From positions 1 through 64,000 of IMG/VR virus record IMGVR_UViG_3300031555_003117: a DNA stretch of 64,000 nt, one strand, 5' to 3'. The position numbers and the translations under genes were made by a program. Under the pieces are notes generated by a model. That model did not search any database and was not told the origin of the DNA. It saw only the letters and a list, made by a program, of their open reading frames with translations. This document shows, in pieces, positions 48,831-60,027 of this stretch. The DNA comes from a virus (Duplodnaviria; Caudoviricetes). Each line of letters opens with the position of its first letter. Position 1 is the stretch's first letter.

Positions 48831-49934
48831 TTAGGCAAGACCGCCAATCTGAGTGTCATACAGCACGCCAATCTTGTGCTCATGTCCCTTGGCTACGTCG
48901 CAAGCCACTTCGATATCGAAGCGAGTCAGGATCTTGCCGCTCTTCACATCGTTGCCGGTGAAAGAGGTCAGACCGCCGCGAGTCCAAGTTGCGATGGGAG
49001 TCTGAATGCCAGCAGGAATAACGAAAGCAAGGCCAGCAGGCAGCAGAGTCTTGAAATTGTCGCCATCCTCATTTAGCTGATAGAAATCATAGGGATTGGG
49101 CATTTCAGTCAGGATAGCGCCATTATAAGAAGACAGTGCGCCATTCTGAGCCAGTTCATTCATGGCCTTTTCAGAAATACCAGTAATAGTATTGCCGTTT
49201 ACAGTACCAACGTAACCCGCCCAAGGGGTGAACTGAGAAATTACAGCATAATCACCAACAACAGTGGGGCGGCCATTGCGACGAACATTAAGCAGAACGC
49301 CGTCTACGCCGGTCTTGGTCAGGCCAGCGCCCTCGAAGTGATACTTCACGCCAGAAGCATTCTTAATGGCCTCATAAACGCGCTTCATGATTGCCATCTT
49401 AGCACGGTTCAGAATATCAATCTTCACATGCTGAATGCCTTCATTTTCCTTGCTCATGTCGCCCAGAGCAACGCGACGATAGTCAACTGCGTAGCCACCG
49501 GATACGGTGAAAGAGGGCACCTGATAAGTAACCTTGTTAATTACAGGGAACACAACGTCGCCATTAGCAGCCTGCTCGCGAGAACGTTCGCCAGCTTCAG
49601 TATATACTTCGCGTTCGATGGTCTCATCGTAACCAACTGCCTGATAGGAACCGAAAATGCCCAGCAGCTTCAGCTCTTCCATAACGGGAGCTTCGATCAC
49701 AAAGCGGCGCAGAGTATTCAGCTCGGATACGGCCATCATATCGCCGTTTTCGCAACGAGTGCCCAGATCCTTGATGTAATTTACAGCCACATCAGCCTTC
49801 TTGCCGAAACGATCCAGAGATTCGCCATTTACGAGAGCGGCGAAAACTTCAACAACGGGAGAGGTCTTGGTGAACTTGCCGTTGAAAATATCAGAGTCCT
49901 TACGGACGTTATTCATCTCAAATGTAGTATTCAT
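48831..49934 (-). CDS. Major capsid protein
   Basis: 367 aa, follows scaffold and decoration genes; highly biased (GC3-rich) codon use. Confidence 0.75.
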   Translation of the reverse strand: MNTTFEMNNVRKDSDIFNGKFTKTSPVVEVFAALVNGESLDRFGKKADVAVNYIKDLGTRCENGDMMAVSELNTLRRFVIEAPVMEELKLLGIFGSYQAVGYDETIEREVYTEAGERSREQAANGDVVFPVINKVTYQVPSFTVSGGYAVDYRRVALGDMSKENEGIQHVKIDILNRAKMAIMKRVYEAIKNASGVKYHFEGAGLTKTGVDGVLLNVRRNGRPTVVGDYAVISQFTPWAGYVGTVNGNTITGISEKAMNELAQNGALSSYNGAILTEMPNPYDFYQLNEDGDNFKTLLPAGLAFVIPAGIQTPIATWTRGGLTSFTGNDVKSGKILTRFDIEVACDVAKGHEHKIGVLYDTQIGGLA

Positions 49935-49967
49935 GTTATATTACCATCCTTCTTAAGCTACTTTTGA

Positions 49968-50393
49968 TTAGGCGCACATAACGCGAGCCTTAACAGCCTT
50001 GCCAGTCAGAGTAGTCTTGTCGGTTACTACAAAGTAGACACCGGCAGCGGGGGCAGCATCTGCAACTTCCAGCTTGCCCTCATCATTTGCGGCAAGAATG
50101 GTTGCGTTGGCTTCCAGATCAGCATAGGATTTGCCCTCTGCATAAGCAATATGCTCCTCGTCGATGACCAGCTTCTGGCCTTCCCACGCCTTGACAGCAT
50201 AACCATTGAGATATTCGCCAGCCTTAAAAGTAACATCCTTGGCATAGGCGTTATCGCCGGTTACAGTGTTGGATACCAGATAAAGGATGTCATTATCCTT
50301 GATAAATGCATAATTGGCAACCTCCTTCTCGGCTTTGAGAACGGGGTTAATCTTGGCAACTTCAATCATGCCCAGAGTTTCAACCTTAATCAT
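49968..50393 (-). CDS. Capsid decoration protein
   Basis: 141 aa between scaffold and major capsid gene. Confidence 0.6.
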   Translation of the reverse strand: MIKVETLGMIEVAKINPVLKAEKEVANYAFIKDNDILYLVSNTVTGDNAYAKDVTFKAGEYLNGYAVKAWEGQKLVIDEEHIAYAEGKSYADLEANATILAANDEGKLEVADAAPAAGVYFVVTDKTTLTGKAVKARVMCA

Positions 50394-50446
50394 GTTTGGG
50401 TTCCTCCCTTATATAATGTCAAATAAACATATGATATGTTATATGA

Positions 50447-51637
50447 TTAGAAAATGCTATCATCTTCCTCTACTTCAGAAGCAGAGTTGATCTCGCTGAA
50501 AATGTCTTCAACAGTATCTTCGTGTACAGCATTCTGCTCTGCAACAACGGCGGCTTCCTTGGCCTTCTTACCAATGCCTTCCCAGATCTTGTTGACAACA
50601 GAATTCAGTTCGGCTTCAATGGGGTTTTCGGTGAAAGCGTTAATCTCAGCCTGAGCATATGCCTTTTCCTCTTCGGTAAACTCCTTGATAGCCTCATTCA
50701 TTTCGCTTACGCGCTCCTTGGCCTGTGCCTTTGCAAGCTCTTCGCGCAGCTCCTTCATCTCTTCGTAGAGATTGTCGATCTTCTCATAAGCCTGCTTCAG
50801 CTCTTCGCGGCATTCCTCAAGCGCAGTCTTAATCTGCTCGGAACTGCCAATGACCTCATTCTTTTCGCTGGTAGCAGCTTCTACAAGGGCGTTGGCTTCG
50901 TTAATCTTAGCCTCACACTCTTCCTTGCACTTGTTGATTTCATTTATATGTGCGGTCATCTCGCTAACAGTTTGAGCAACGAGAGCCTTGATCTCAACAT
51001 CATTCATAGTAGTCATATCCTCCTTGGTGTTTTTGTTTAGCTCCAGCAAACAAGCCGCATCATCTGCGGGCTGGACGCCTAACAACGCATATCCAGAAAA
51101 CTGGAATTCAGTGGGAATTCTTCCGAAATCCACATAACCATATTTATAAACAATCCCATCGTTATCATCGGTTTTCATTATTTCGACGCTGCCATATAAG
51201 GTATCACCCTTTGAAATATCTTTGAGCGTCTTAGTAACAAAATTATGATAGCAAGAAGCATCTATTTCGCCCTCGCCAATGCAATATTCCTTTACACCAT
51301 CTTCGGTTTCTACCTCTTCGATATATCCTTTTGTAAAGGTGCCAATGGTTGTAGCGTTTTCAAAAATGGGCATGCCATCAATAATTCCTGTTTCTCCATG
51401 TCCCGATAACTCGGTTCGGTCATCGTCTAAAAACTCGGCGCGTAGAAACATCCCAGGGATTGTGTCAAGGTTTTTCTTTACATAGCTGCTGATCCATGAA
51501 ATACCATTTCGGTTGTACTGTGTTCCAACCTTATTTTCTTCATCGATTGAAGAATCTGGGAATACCTCGCATAACACCATCTTGAATTTTCTACGACCAT
51601 TTTTCAGGTTTCTCTTTGAAATCTCGAATGTCTTCAT
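50447..51637 (-). CDS. Prohead protease/scaffold (SPbeta YonD-like)
   Basis: N-terminal protease-like domain (GHG...GSVE..FSGYALLG) and C-terminal acidic coiled coil. Confidence 0.7.
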   Translation of the reverse strand: MKTFEISKRNLKNGRRKFKMVLCEVFPDSSIDEENKVGTQYNRNGISWISSYVKKNLDTIPGMFLRAEFLDDDRTELSGHGETGIIDGMPIFENATTIGTFTKGYIEEVETEDGVKEYCIGEGEIDASCYHNFVTKTLKDISKGDTLYGSVEIMKTDDNDGIVYKYGYVDFGRIPTEFQFSGYALLGVQPADDAACLLELNKNTKEDMTTMNDVEIKALVAQTVSEMTAHINEINKCKEECEAKINEANALVEAATSEKNEVIGSSEQIKTALEECREELKQAYEKIDNLYEEMKELREELAKAQAKERVSEMNEAIKEFTEEEKAYAQAEINAFTENPIEAELNSVVNKIWEGIGKKAKEAAVVAEQNAVHEDTVEDIFSEINSASEVEEDDSIF

Positions 51638-51712
51638 TTTCTCACCACCTTCCAGGCTTTCCTAATAAAAAACAGGCCAAGCTTGCCTGCAAGATTGGAG
51701 CGCTATGCTCCA

Positions 51713-53365
51713 TTATTTCTTATCACTTGGACTCGGCAATGCATTGCCGTTATTGCTTCGTGATTGAACCGTCTTTTCTGATGGGTTGTCAGTCACTGGT
51801 CTACCGCCCTTATTATCGTCAGATGACAATGTGTAGCTCGTCTGATGCGGTTTATACTTTTCGTATATACCAGATTCAATCTCTTCGTCCAACATGGCGA
51901 AGAATACATCTGGCTGAATCCCACATGCAGCGATCCAAAGGTTCAAGCTCCCACATCCCTGCAGGTATAGATCTTTGATATGCCCGACCATGCTCTTCTT
52001 GTTCAGGTGAGTCATGGGTAAGTATTTGCATTCAACCCAATTTCGATTATCCTTAATAACGTTTGCATTGATGCACTTATTCAGTTCGCTTTCAATTTGC
52101 TCAATCCATTGAAATAGCTGCGAAGAAACAAGTTCAAGATTCGATTCCTGAGATGAATAACTTCCGCTACCGCTACCAGACAGAGCATTTGCAGCAAATC
52201 CAAGATCAAGTGCGATCTTTTCATCGAGAGACGATTCATTTTTCTCATCAAAGATGCTAGTATTTGCAGTATCAAGCGCATTAATTTTTGTGCCAGAAGC
52301 TATGGAAAAGAAACTCGTTCCACCACGGTTATTCTTGTTCATAACTGCAGTTTTAACTGCTTCATGCTGATCCTTCTGCTGAGATTTGGTAAGCGCGGAT
52401 GTTCCTTTTTCCTTTCCTTCTGGGAAAGTCTGGTATACAACGCGGTTGTTCATCTCATTTAGCACATTGCGTTTGGTATCAGTAAAATAATCCCTATATA
52501 AAATATCAGATATAGCAGCAAGAACAATCGGTCGCCCATATTGTTCTTCTCGTTTAGATCTGATCTTGTGAGTAATCGTTCTACTATTGTCAAGAATTAC
52601 CCAATTCCCATTATCATCAGTAGAACTGCGCTTACCTCTGGAATGATAGGCATCACGGATTTCCTTTGGATATTTCCTGAGCTTTCGTTCACATGATTCG
52701 CCACTTGGCTCATTGAAATAATCCAGATTAAAAGCGAGAACGTAGGACGAATTCTTTATGCCCACAATTCGTGTATAATCCACTGGCAACGAAATTACAC
52801 TTGCATTTATTCCGAGCTCGTTAATTTCAGTGATAGTGTTCACATCGTAATCAGTAAGCGTTTTGCGGTTGTTAACCGGACGATTGGTGGTCTCAAAGTA
52901 ATAGAACGCACATCCATCAATCATTCCACGGAATAGAGCATCGCGAACAATCTCTTTGTCTTTGATTGTTCTGAGCGTAGAAAGCATGCGATCCTTGTTG
53001 ACTCTTTTCTTATTCTCGCTTTTACCGTGCGGAACAACCACTCTATCCAGCGTTGGAAGCGCTGTCATATAGTCAACAGTATTTGTATAAGTACCATTTG
53101 CGCTATAAAGGATGTTGGAAATCTCACGCAGCAGAGCATTATTCTCCATTGGATTCCGAACCAATGCCGCTAGGTGCTCAGGTTTATACAAATCAAAAAT
53201 ATTCATGCAAAAGTATTGCATTGAATACCGCATAGAACTATTGTATGAACAAAATTCGTTGGTATGGTTTTGTTCAGTAGCTTGATTGCGTCCACTAGAA
53301 TTGTCTTTGCCAGAAGGAGGACGCTTCACTTTGGCAGGAGTGGGGGAGGGATGTTTATTCTCCAA
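51713..53365 (-). CDS. Portal protein (SPbeta YonE-like)
   Basis: 550 aa directly after terminase. Confidence 0.75.
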   Translation of the reverse strand: MENKHPSPTPAKVKRPPSGKDNSSGRNQATEQNHTNEFCSYNSSMRYSMQYFCMNIFDLYKPEHLAALVRNPMENNALLREISNILYSANGTYTNTVDYMTALPTLDRVVVPHGKSENKKRVNKDRMLSTLRTIKDKEIVRDALFRGMIDGCAFYYFETTNRPVNNRKTLTDYDVNTITEINELGINASVISLPVDYTRIVGIKNSSYVLAFNLDYFNEPSGESCERKLRKYPKEIRDAYHSRGKRSSTDDNGNWVILDNSRTITHKIRSKREEQYGRPIVLAAISDILYRDYFTDTKRNVLNEMNNRVVYQTFPEGKEKGTSALTKSQQKDQHEAVKTAVMNKNNRGGTSFFSIASGTKINALDTANTSIFDEKNESSLDEKIALDLGFAANALSGSGSGSYSSQESNLELVSSQLFQWIEQIESELNKCINANVIKDNRNWVECKYLPMTHLNKKSMVGHIKDLYLQGCGSLNLWIAACGIQPDVFFAMLDEEIESGIYEKYKPHQTSYTLSSDDNKGGRPVTDNPSEKTVQSRSNNGNALPSPSDKK

Positions 53366-53380
53366 TTCCTTGTCCTCCTT

Positions 53381-53905
53381 TTAGTTTATATATACTGAGT
53401 ATTCATACTCGTCATTCTTTGAAATCAGATCTTTTTCAAGCAGCGAAGCAAAATATGAGCCATAGCTGCAAGAAGTATATCTATCCTTGCGATTTGCACC
53501 TTGTTCTTTAATAACAATTACACCAGTTTGTTCTTTCTTTTCATAAACTAGCGCAGTCGTTTCACCAATTAAAGCCTGCGTTTCCAGAAAAGGCGCTTCA
53601 TAGAAAGATTGAACCTCTGGATCTGGAGATGAAATGTACTCTTTGATGTTCGGCAGTATCTCTTCATATGCTTTTTCAAAGCTAATCAGAAAATCAATCT
53701 GCTTTCCATCAAGCACATACCTGAAATCATGCGCAATATCGCTATTGAGCTTCTGGCTTGCATTAATCGCAAAGATACATGGAAGCGCACCTTCTATCTT
53801 AATACGATTAGCAATTGTATCATCATTCATGCATGTCAACGGAGCGTATTCGCAATCGCGCTCCTCGTCATACATGATCTTTGCCAACATATCGTATATA
53901 GCAAT
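53381..53905 (-). CDS. Terminase large subunit exon 2
   Basis: Joins as GCA GGT|ATT GCT (D-T-R-N-A-G-I-A-I-Y-D); nuclease motif RKDRYTSCSY. Confidence 0.85.
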   Translation of the reverse strand: MAIYDMLAKIMYDEERDCEYAPLTCMNDDTIANRIKIEGALPCIFAINASQKLNSDIAHDFRYVLDGKQIDFLISFEKAYEEILPNIKEYISSPDPEVQSFYEAPFLETQALIGETTALVYEKKEQTGVIVIKEQGANRKDRYTSCSYGSYFASLLEKDLISKNDEYEYSVYIN

Positions 53906-55103
53906 CATTTGTTATCGTATTGGCTTTTTATCCAATACTTCTGGCAGTTGTCCTTTCTGCCAGTTCAGCATATCTTTTTACCATGGTCTTTTAAGAAATT
54001 AAATAGTTGGAATTTAGTAGTATGGCTTTTCCCAAACAGCCTATGGAATTCAATATGACAATCTTTGCAAAGGGTTATGCCGTTATCTACATCATAGCGA
54101 AGGCTGACATTATCCTTCCAATTGTTTATATGATGTGCATTTAAAAATACAGCCGTTCCACTCCTGCTCCTGCGACCACATTTTCGGCAAGTATAATCAT
54201 CTCTTTCAAACACCCTGCGTCGCCAAGTTATATACTCAGACGTAGAACGTTCTGCTCTATGAAAAGCAACTCCGCCTTTCCATTTATGGTTGTCAGCACC
54301 CGTTTTATGGTAATTACATATATAATATGGAACACCATACTTGTCCTGACAAGTGCGCATTGTTTTTCGTTGAATAAGAGTTGATTGCATTGGTGATTTT
54401 ACACCATAGCGCATAAGATTGGTGGCATAGATTTTCTTTTGAACTTCCTCAGATCCAAAAGGATTTTCCACACCATATCTTTCAATGTTTGTAATTTTGA
54501 CCTTCTCCTTTACCTCTGGAAGTAGAAGAACATTTGTAACGCCATATTTTGCCATAGCAGTATCAGATATCTTATGTTTTCTGCAATCAATACAACAGTC
54601 TGTATGAACTTCAGAATCACGATTTTCTCTAATATATCTGTACCACGGCTTAGAATATACTTTCTTACAGTAATCGCATTTGATTTCAACTTCTACATTA
54701 CTTCCATCTGGAAGATCAATAACCTTTAAACAAAATTTCATTCCCATAGCTGAAAAGGGGTATCCTTTTTCAACATACCATTTTTTATTTCTTGCATTCC
54801 AACTTTGTTGAATAGTTGTGGTTAATAGCATTACATCATCCCTTTATATAAAAACGAGATGATATAATTCATCATCTCGTGCATGATATAGAAGGTCGGT
54901 GTCTATCCAACAATTCTATCTTATCAAACTTTAGGTAACGCAGACTCATGGATGGGTTATAGTCTATCTAAATAGGATCACCATCTATGCGTTGCCCATG
55001 ACCACGCTTTTAAACATAGCCTTCAGGTCGGATTCGCGTTTCAGCGTCCCCGATTTTTTCTGCGTTCATAATGACATGTGTTTCCACATGAAACGGCATT
55101 GCT
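53906..55103 (-). ncRNA. Group I intron in terminase, 1198 nt, with HNH endonuclease
   Basis: P1 GGU/GCC, P10 AGCAAU/AUUGCU, P3 AACGCAGA/UCUGCGUU, P7 GCAUA/UAUGC; frame restored. Confidence 0.9.
53965..54831 (-). CDS. Intron-encoded HNH homing endonuclease
   Basis: CRKCG...AHHINNW...NGITLCKDCHIEFH; KYGVxN repeats; stop codon within the P7 3' strand. Confidence 0.88.
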   Translation of the reverse strand: MLLTTTIQQSWNARNKKWYVEKGYPFSAMGMKFCLKVIDLPDGSNVEVEIKCDYCKKVYSKPWYRYIRENRDSEVHTDCCIDCRKHKISDTAMAKYGVTNVLLLPEVKEKVKITNIERYGVENPFGSEEVQKKIYATNLMRYGVKSPMQSTLIQRKTMRTCQDKYGVPYYICNYHKTGADNHKWKGGVAFHRAERSTSEYITWRRRVFERDDYTCRKCGRRSRSGTAVFLNAHHINNWKDNVSLRYDVDNGITLCKDCHIEFHRLFGKSHTTKFQLFNFLKDHGKKIC

Positions 55104-56417
55104 ACCTGCATTTCTTGTATCTAATACGATATAATCCGCCCCAAAATCCTCAAAAAGCTGTCGTATGCGAACGGCTTGCTTGGCCGTATCGCCGCCCTGT
55201 ACAGATTCAATATAGGAAACCACTCTGCGATAGCCATTATCTACTACAACATCATTGCTTGAATTTTCACGCTTATGGATCGTCCTTTCTGGTAAAAGTC
55301 GCATCAGGGTGAAAATCGAATTATCGTTGCGCTTGTTTTCAATAAACGCCATATCGCAAGAAACAATTCGGATTTCTCCGTGCTGTTTTTGAATGTCATG
55401 CGGGTTTTTACGGTTTGCCCGAACATCCATCGCATTTCGTGGATAGAATACTTTCTTCAGTCGTTGGTTTTGCTGCAACATTGAATATGTAAAGAATGCA
55501 TGTTCATTTTCCTTTACACGCTCATTCAAGAATTCAATTCTCCATGTAAGAGGATCTTGCTTCTTCTTTTCACGCTGCATCTGCCTCATTGTCCTGATAT
55601 TATGCTTTAGAGTAATACTTTCATCAAAAGCCAAAAGACAGGAGCCGTCATCCTTGTGCATTCCATTGAAAGCCTGATCGACGATATTCCACATCCAATG
55701 CCCGTTATCAATCCAACTAGAACTGATATAGACATCAACAGGCTCCTCCTGTAACTCAACAACCTGCGCATAATACGGGTCAATCATATAAGGAGGTTGC
55801 CGTATAGTCTGGAATGGAGAAAGAATCTTGTCATCAATGATTTTGTCAATCTGGCGAAACTCCTCTCTGATAACACAGTTAGATCGGTATCCGCGCCCGT
55901 TCTCGCTTGCGGGAACAACAGTAATTGTGCTACTATTCTTGAAGTAGACAATAACTTCGTTCTGATTGTCCTTGATACTTCGAATTTCTCGTCGCAACAT
56001 AGGAGACATATTCATAAGCTCATTGCGGATCTTTTCCGAAATAATCAATTTGCTCTGTCCCTTTGTAGCTGATGATAGCGTTATCTTTGCATATGGTCGC
56101 AAAATGCACCTGCAGCAAGCGTATAGAGCGATAATGAAAGACTTTGCCGCAGCACGGCTTGCAACAATCACAATAAATTGGCATATACCCATAAGGTATA
56201 ATAGTATTGCCTGATAATTGTGTAGGTTGATACCCAGAAAATCTATCGCAAACCTGTGTAAATTGCGCCTAAAAAAAGTGTTCCAAAGGAACACATGATC
56301 CATATTCTGTTCATTTCCAAGAAAGCTGTTATTGGGAAATTTCTTATAGAGCTCTTTTTGCCGATCATCCGCATGGCGACTTTTATAGTGCTTACTCGGC
56401 GTAGTCACCATTATCAT
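55104..56417 (-). CDS. Terminase large subunit exon 1 (SPbeta YonF-like)
   Basis: ASRAAAKS Walker A variant, GRGYRSNCVIREE Walker B, VSCDMAF nuclease start. Confidence 0.88.
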
Positions 56418-57297
56418 CCTCGTCCTTTACACAGAACTCAGCATCCCTGTCCTGCGTGCCAAACATCAAATTTCGCAACGGCCTTAAAACAAAGCGCTCA
56501 AAGTAATCTCCTAAACCATCAAAGTCTTTATACAGCTTCTTGTTTTTATAGTATTCTTCGGGAGTGTACTGCGAAATGCGTTCCTGCCAAATACCCCAGC
56601 AATCATCACTGTTCATGCTGGTATCCTGAACGGTCTTTAATCCTGCCTGCGTAAAGGTCTTTCGATAGGATTCAGTCAACTTGTTATAATCGTCAACGCG
56701 ACCCTCGCGAACAGCACGCATCTGCTGCATCTTCGTATAACACAAATCAGTAATGAAGATTTCCTGATTGCTGTCGCAGTTGGGATTTGCGGATTTAAGA
56801 TACTTATAATGGTCTTCCAGCGTATTATAATCCAAAGGGCTTGGTAATCCTTCTCCCCACTTGCGAATGAGCGCAGGATCAATCAAGTCTGCATGGTCGT
56901 CTTCTCGTTTTTCCAGCTCAATGCTGGATTTCTCGCCGGTAAAGTAAAACCCGTCATCAATTGTGCAATCAAATGTTTTACCTCTATGTTGACCAAGATT
57001 CATATGTCGCATGTATTTACCTACGGCTGTATTATCATCAATATCACATAGATCAAACACATCGGCATTGAAATAAATATCAAAAGCCATGCACAATCTT
57101 TGCATGGCTCTTTGTGAACTTCCGTACATGATCTTGTACTTTTTATATTCTAAGACAAGGCAATCCTTACAGATAGGCAAATGCCCAGTATCTGAATAAA
57201 GTTCACTGTGACTCCTGAAGTGATTCTTCTCGGCAGATTCATTTCCGCATTTACAGCACTTATACTTGATTGTTTTCGTTCCAGTATTTGCCGCCAT
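56392..57297 (-). CDS. Zn-finger protein upstream of TerL (possible small terminase subunit)
   Basis: CCKCG...CKDC; overlaps TerL start. Confidence 0.55.
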   Translation of the reverse strand: MAANTGTKTIKYKCCKCGNESAEKNHFRSHSELYSDTGHLPICKDCLVLEYKKYKIMYGSSQRAMQRLCMAFDIYFNADVFDLCDIDDNTAVGKYMRHMNLGQHRGKTFDCTIDDGFYFTGEKSSIELEKREDDHADLIDPALIRKWGEGLPSPLDYNTLEDHYKYLKSANPNCDSNQEIFITDLCYTKMQQMRAVREGRVDDYNKLTESYRKTFTQAGLKTVQDTSMNSDDCWGIWQERISQYTPEEYYKNKKLYKDFDGLGDYFERFVLRPLRNLMFGTQDRDAEFCVKDEDDNGDYAE

Positions 57298-57314
57298 AAA
57301 TCCACCTCCGCAGA

Positions 57315-57791
57315 TTAATCATCTGTGCAAAGCAGATTTCTGATAAACTCTTCAACGCTTTTCCGGTCAATGTTTTCGCATTTGATGCAATCAAAGCATT
57401 CCTCAGCTTCAAATTCAAGTTGATAGCAATTATCAGAATCCTGACCAATCAGGATTGATGAACTTGCTCGTGCATCAATAAACAGCATATCTGCATCAAA
57501 CCACAAATATCCGTTTTCATTGCATCCATCTTCGCCCTGCCATGCAGGTTCAATATTGAGAATCAGATCAGGGTCAAGTGAAATGTAATACTCCTTGTAA
57601 TATCCATTCACATCACCAGGCGCAATATTGATGGCATCTACATCAACGTTAATGCTATCAAGTAGACATCGCATTAATTCAACTGCTTCTTCATAAAAAA
57701 GAGCAGCATATACAACTTTTCCGCTATATGCTGCATCTTGCATAATATCCGCCAATGCATCAATGTCGTGAACATATATCTGTTTCTCCAT
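57315..57791 (-). CDS. Hypothetical acidic protein
   Basis: 158 aa; ATG overlaps the HU stop. Confidence 0.6.
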   Translation of the reverse strand: MEKQIYVHDIDALADIMQDAAYSGKVVYAALFYEEAVELMRCLLDSINVDVDAINIAPGDVNGYYKEYYISLDPDLILNIEPAWQGEDGCNENGYLWFDADMLFIDARASSSILIGQDSDNCYQLEFEAEECFDCIKCENIDRKSVEEFIRNLLCTDD

Positions 57792-58078
57792 TACAATTCA
57801 CCACATTTCTTGACGGCATCCTTGATATTCTTGCTGACTTTACACTTCACACTCTTAACAGCGGGGAAGTGCTGCATTTCGCCTGTAGCGGGATTGCGTG
57901 CGGTGCGCTCTGTGCGTTCAGTTACCTCAAAACTCATAAAATCTTTGATAATAACCTTTTCGCCATTTACCAGAGCATCAGTAATTTCCCGTGCAAAAGC
58001 ATCTACTACAGCTTCACAGGATTCCTTTTTAATACCTGTACGGTATGAAATTTTTGATACTAATTCATTCTTTCCCAT
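57791..58078 (-). CDS. HU/IHF-family DNA-binding protein
   Basis: FMSFEVTERTERTARNPATGE HU signature. Confidence 0.9.
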   Translation of the reverse strand: MGKNELVSKISYRTGIKKESCEAVVDAFAREITDALVNGEKVIIKDFMSFEVTERTERTARNPATGEMQHFPAVKSVKCKVSKNIKDAVKKCGEL

Positions 58079-58081
58079 TGC

Positions 58082-59311
58082 TTATTCTCCATCTTTTGTC
58101 TTCAGATTTATCGGATAGCAGCACTTTACGCCGTTTGCGTCAACTACCGCCACCATTTGGGCAGGTGCACCAGTAATTCTCTTTGATACACAATAATCAC
58201 TACCTGACCCGCAGAAACTGCCGCTTCGGATCAATTTAACATCCGCAATATCGTCAAAGCTGTTATGGTGCATATGTCCCATAAAAATAGCAGTAGGCTT
58301 ATAACCAATCATCATTACCAGCTTTGAAACGCCTGATTCACTGTATGAGTCCCAATCGCCATGTACCAGAAGATAATCCTGTTTACGAATCTTCACATGT
58401 CCAATTGTTGGATCATAGTTGTCACCGTCAATAAAGTGGATGTTCTGAATATGTTTAAGTTCGGCTTTCATGTACCAAGGAATCAGATTGTCCAACCGAT
58501 TTCCGCGAAGAACCTGATCCTTAAATGATGTGCGGCTATGGTTTCCAGCCACACCATTAATATATACGTTTTTAAATGTCAAACTCAGTGCATGTGCGAA
58601 AATTGACAATTCCTCTGCGCAATGCTGAACCTGTTCAATCAGCGATTCGCGGTTTTCAAGCTGCGTAGTGAAGTGAATCTCGCCATTGATAAGATCGCCA
58701 AGGAAGAAAATATAGGCATTCTCCGAATGATGTGCCTGTTGCACTTCTAAGATCTTCTGATAATACAGGTTAAGTCTCTCTGCAGCTATATCAGAATCGT
58801 ATTTCCCAAAACGGTTGTCGTTTTTGGCGCCTATATGAAAATCGGACAGGCAAATCACCAAGTCATTGTCCGAAGAAATTGTCGGCGTGTCATGTGCGGG
58901 CATACTACGCACTCCGCGTTCACTGATGATCCGCTCCAGATACTTCAAATCATTCTCAGCTCGCGCCTGTTCTCTGAGCGATTTATTCAATTCTTTGCGT
59001 TCGTCGAATACTTTTTGCTTTTCCATGCGAATAGCCTGTCGCTCTGCTCGCATTTCTTTGAGGTAACGATCCTCAGATTTTTCCTCGGCATGTTTGGCTT
59101 TGAAGTATTCTGATACAAAAGCGCCGCCAAAAACCGTCTGAGTGGCTTTGCGCAGCGTATCATAATGGATGTTCAATCCGTATTTGTCAATTATTTCCTG
59201 CCAGTCAATATCAATGATCCGATTGGCTTTTGCATAAGCATCTGAAAGGCATGCTTCATATAGCTCAGGCGTTAGCCCCAGCTCTTCGATTTTCTTTTTT
59301 AAATTGTCCAT
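58082..59311 (-). CDS. Calcineurin-like metallophosphoesterase (SPbeta YonJ-like)
   Basis: SDFHIG, GDLING, GNH, HGD, GHMH motifs; start approximate. Confidence 0.8.
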   Translation of the reverse strand: MDNLKKKIEELGLTPELYEACLSDAYAKANRIIDIDWQEIIDKYGLNIHYDTLRKATQTVFGGAFVSEYFKAKHAEEKSEDRYLKEMRAERQAIRMEKQKVFDERKELNKSLREQARAENDLKYLERIISERGVRSMPAHDTPTISSDNDLVICLSDFHIGAKNDNRFGKYDSDIAAERLNLYYQKILEVQQAHHSENAYIFFLGDLINGEIHFTTQLENRESLIEQVQHCAEELSIFAHALSLTFKNVYINGVAGNHSRTSFKDQVLRGNRLDNLIPWYMKAELKHIQNIHFIDGDNYDPTIGHVKIRKQDYLLVHGDWDSYSESGVSKLVMMIGYKPTAIFMGHMHHNSFDDIADVKLIRSGSFCGSGSDYCVSKRITGAPAQMVAVVDANGVKCCYPINLKTKDGE

Positions 59312-59512
59312 CATCATTCTCCTACTTCTGTAGGCACTTCTGCGATGGTGGCGCTTTTCTAATTCGGGCATATTTACCCTATCCTGGCAACGGCTCAACG
59401 CCTAACCCCAGCAAAATCTCCGATTTCACTCCCAGGACGAGATCCACCATCATCGACCATTCGTGCATAGAAATGCCGACTAATTTGTTTTGTTCTATCT
59501 TCCTCAAAGTTA

Positions 59513-59588
<76 letters not shown>

Positions 59589-59591
59589 AAA

Positions 59592-59667
59592 TGGCGCTCG
59601 GTACTGGGCTCGAACCAGTGACCCTTCGGTTAACAGCCGAATACTCTACCAACTGAGCTAACCGAGC
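59592..59667 (-). tRNA. tRNA-Asn(GTT), phage-encoded
   Basis: TTCGG-CTGTTAA-CCGAA anticodon arm, CCA. Confidence 0.93.
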
Positions 59668-60027
59668 ATATGAGCAGAGACGCTTGCTGATCTGCTCATA
59701 AAAGAAAAGAAAGGATTAAATGATTGCGGGAATCCGAGAGTCTGAAAACAACTTATCATCAGTATCGAAACATAGAATAGAAGGAAGACCCTCTCAGCCG
59801 CAATGAATGTATAGCCCGCACTCAAAGGTGGCGGAACACCTTGAAGCTCAATTTGCACTGGCACAGTGCAATAACCACCGTACCAGCACAAGACACAAAA
59901 GAAAAGAGAGAAAGATGAGAACGTAGAGAGCCTATATACCCTCCATAAATACCAAAATTTAGACCTTTTGAAAATACCCCTTCAAAACCAGCAAACTTTG
60001 CGGGTTTTGAGGGAACTTTTTAGACCT

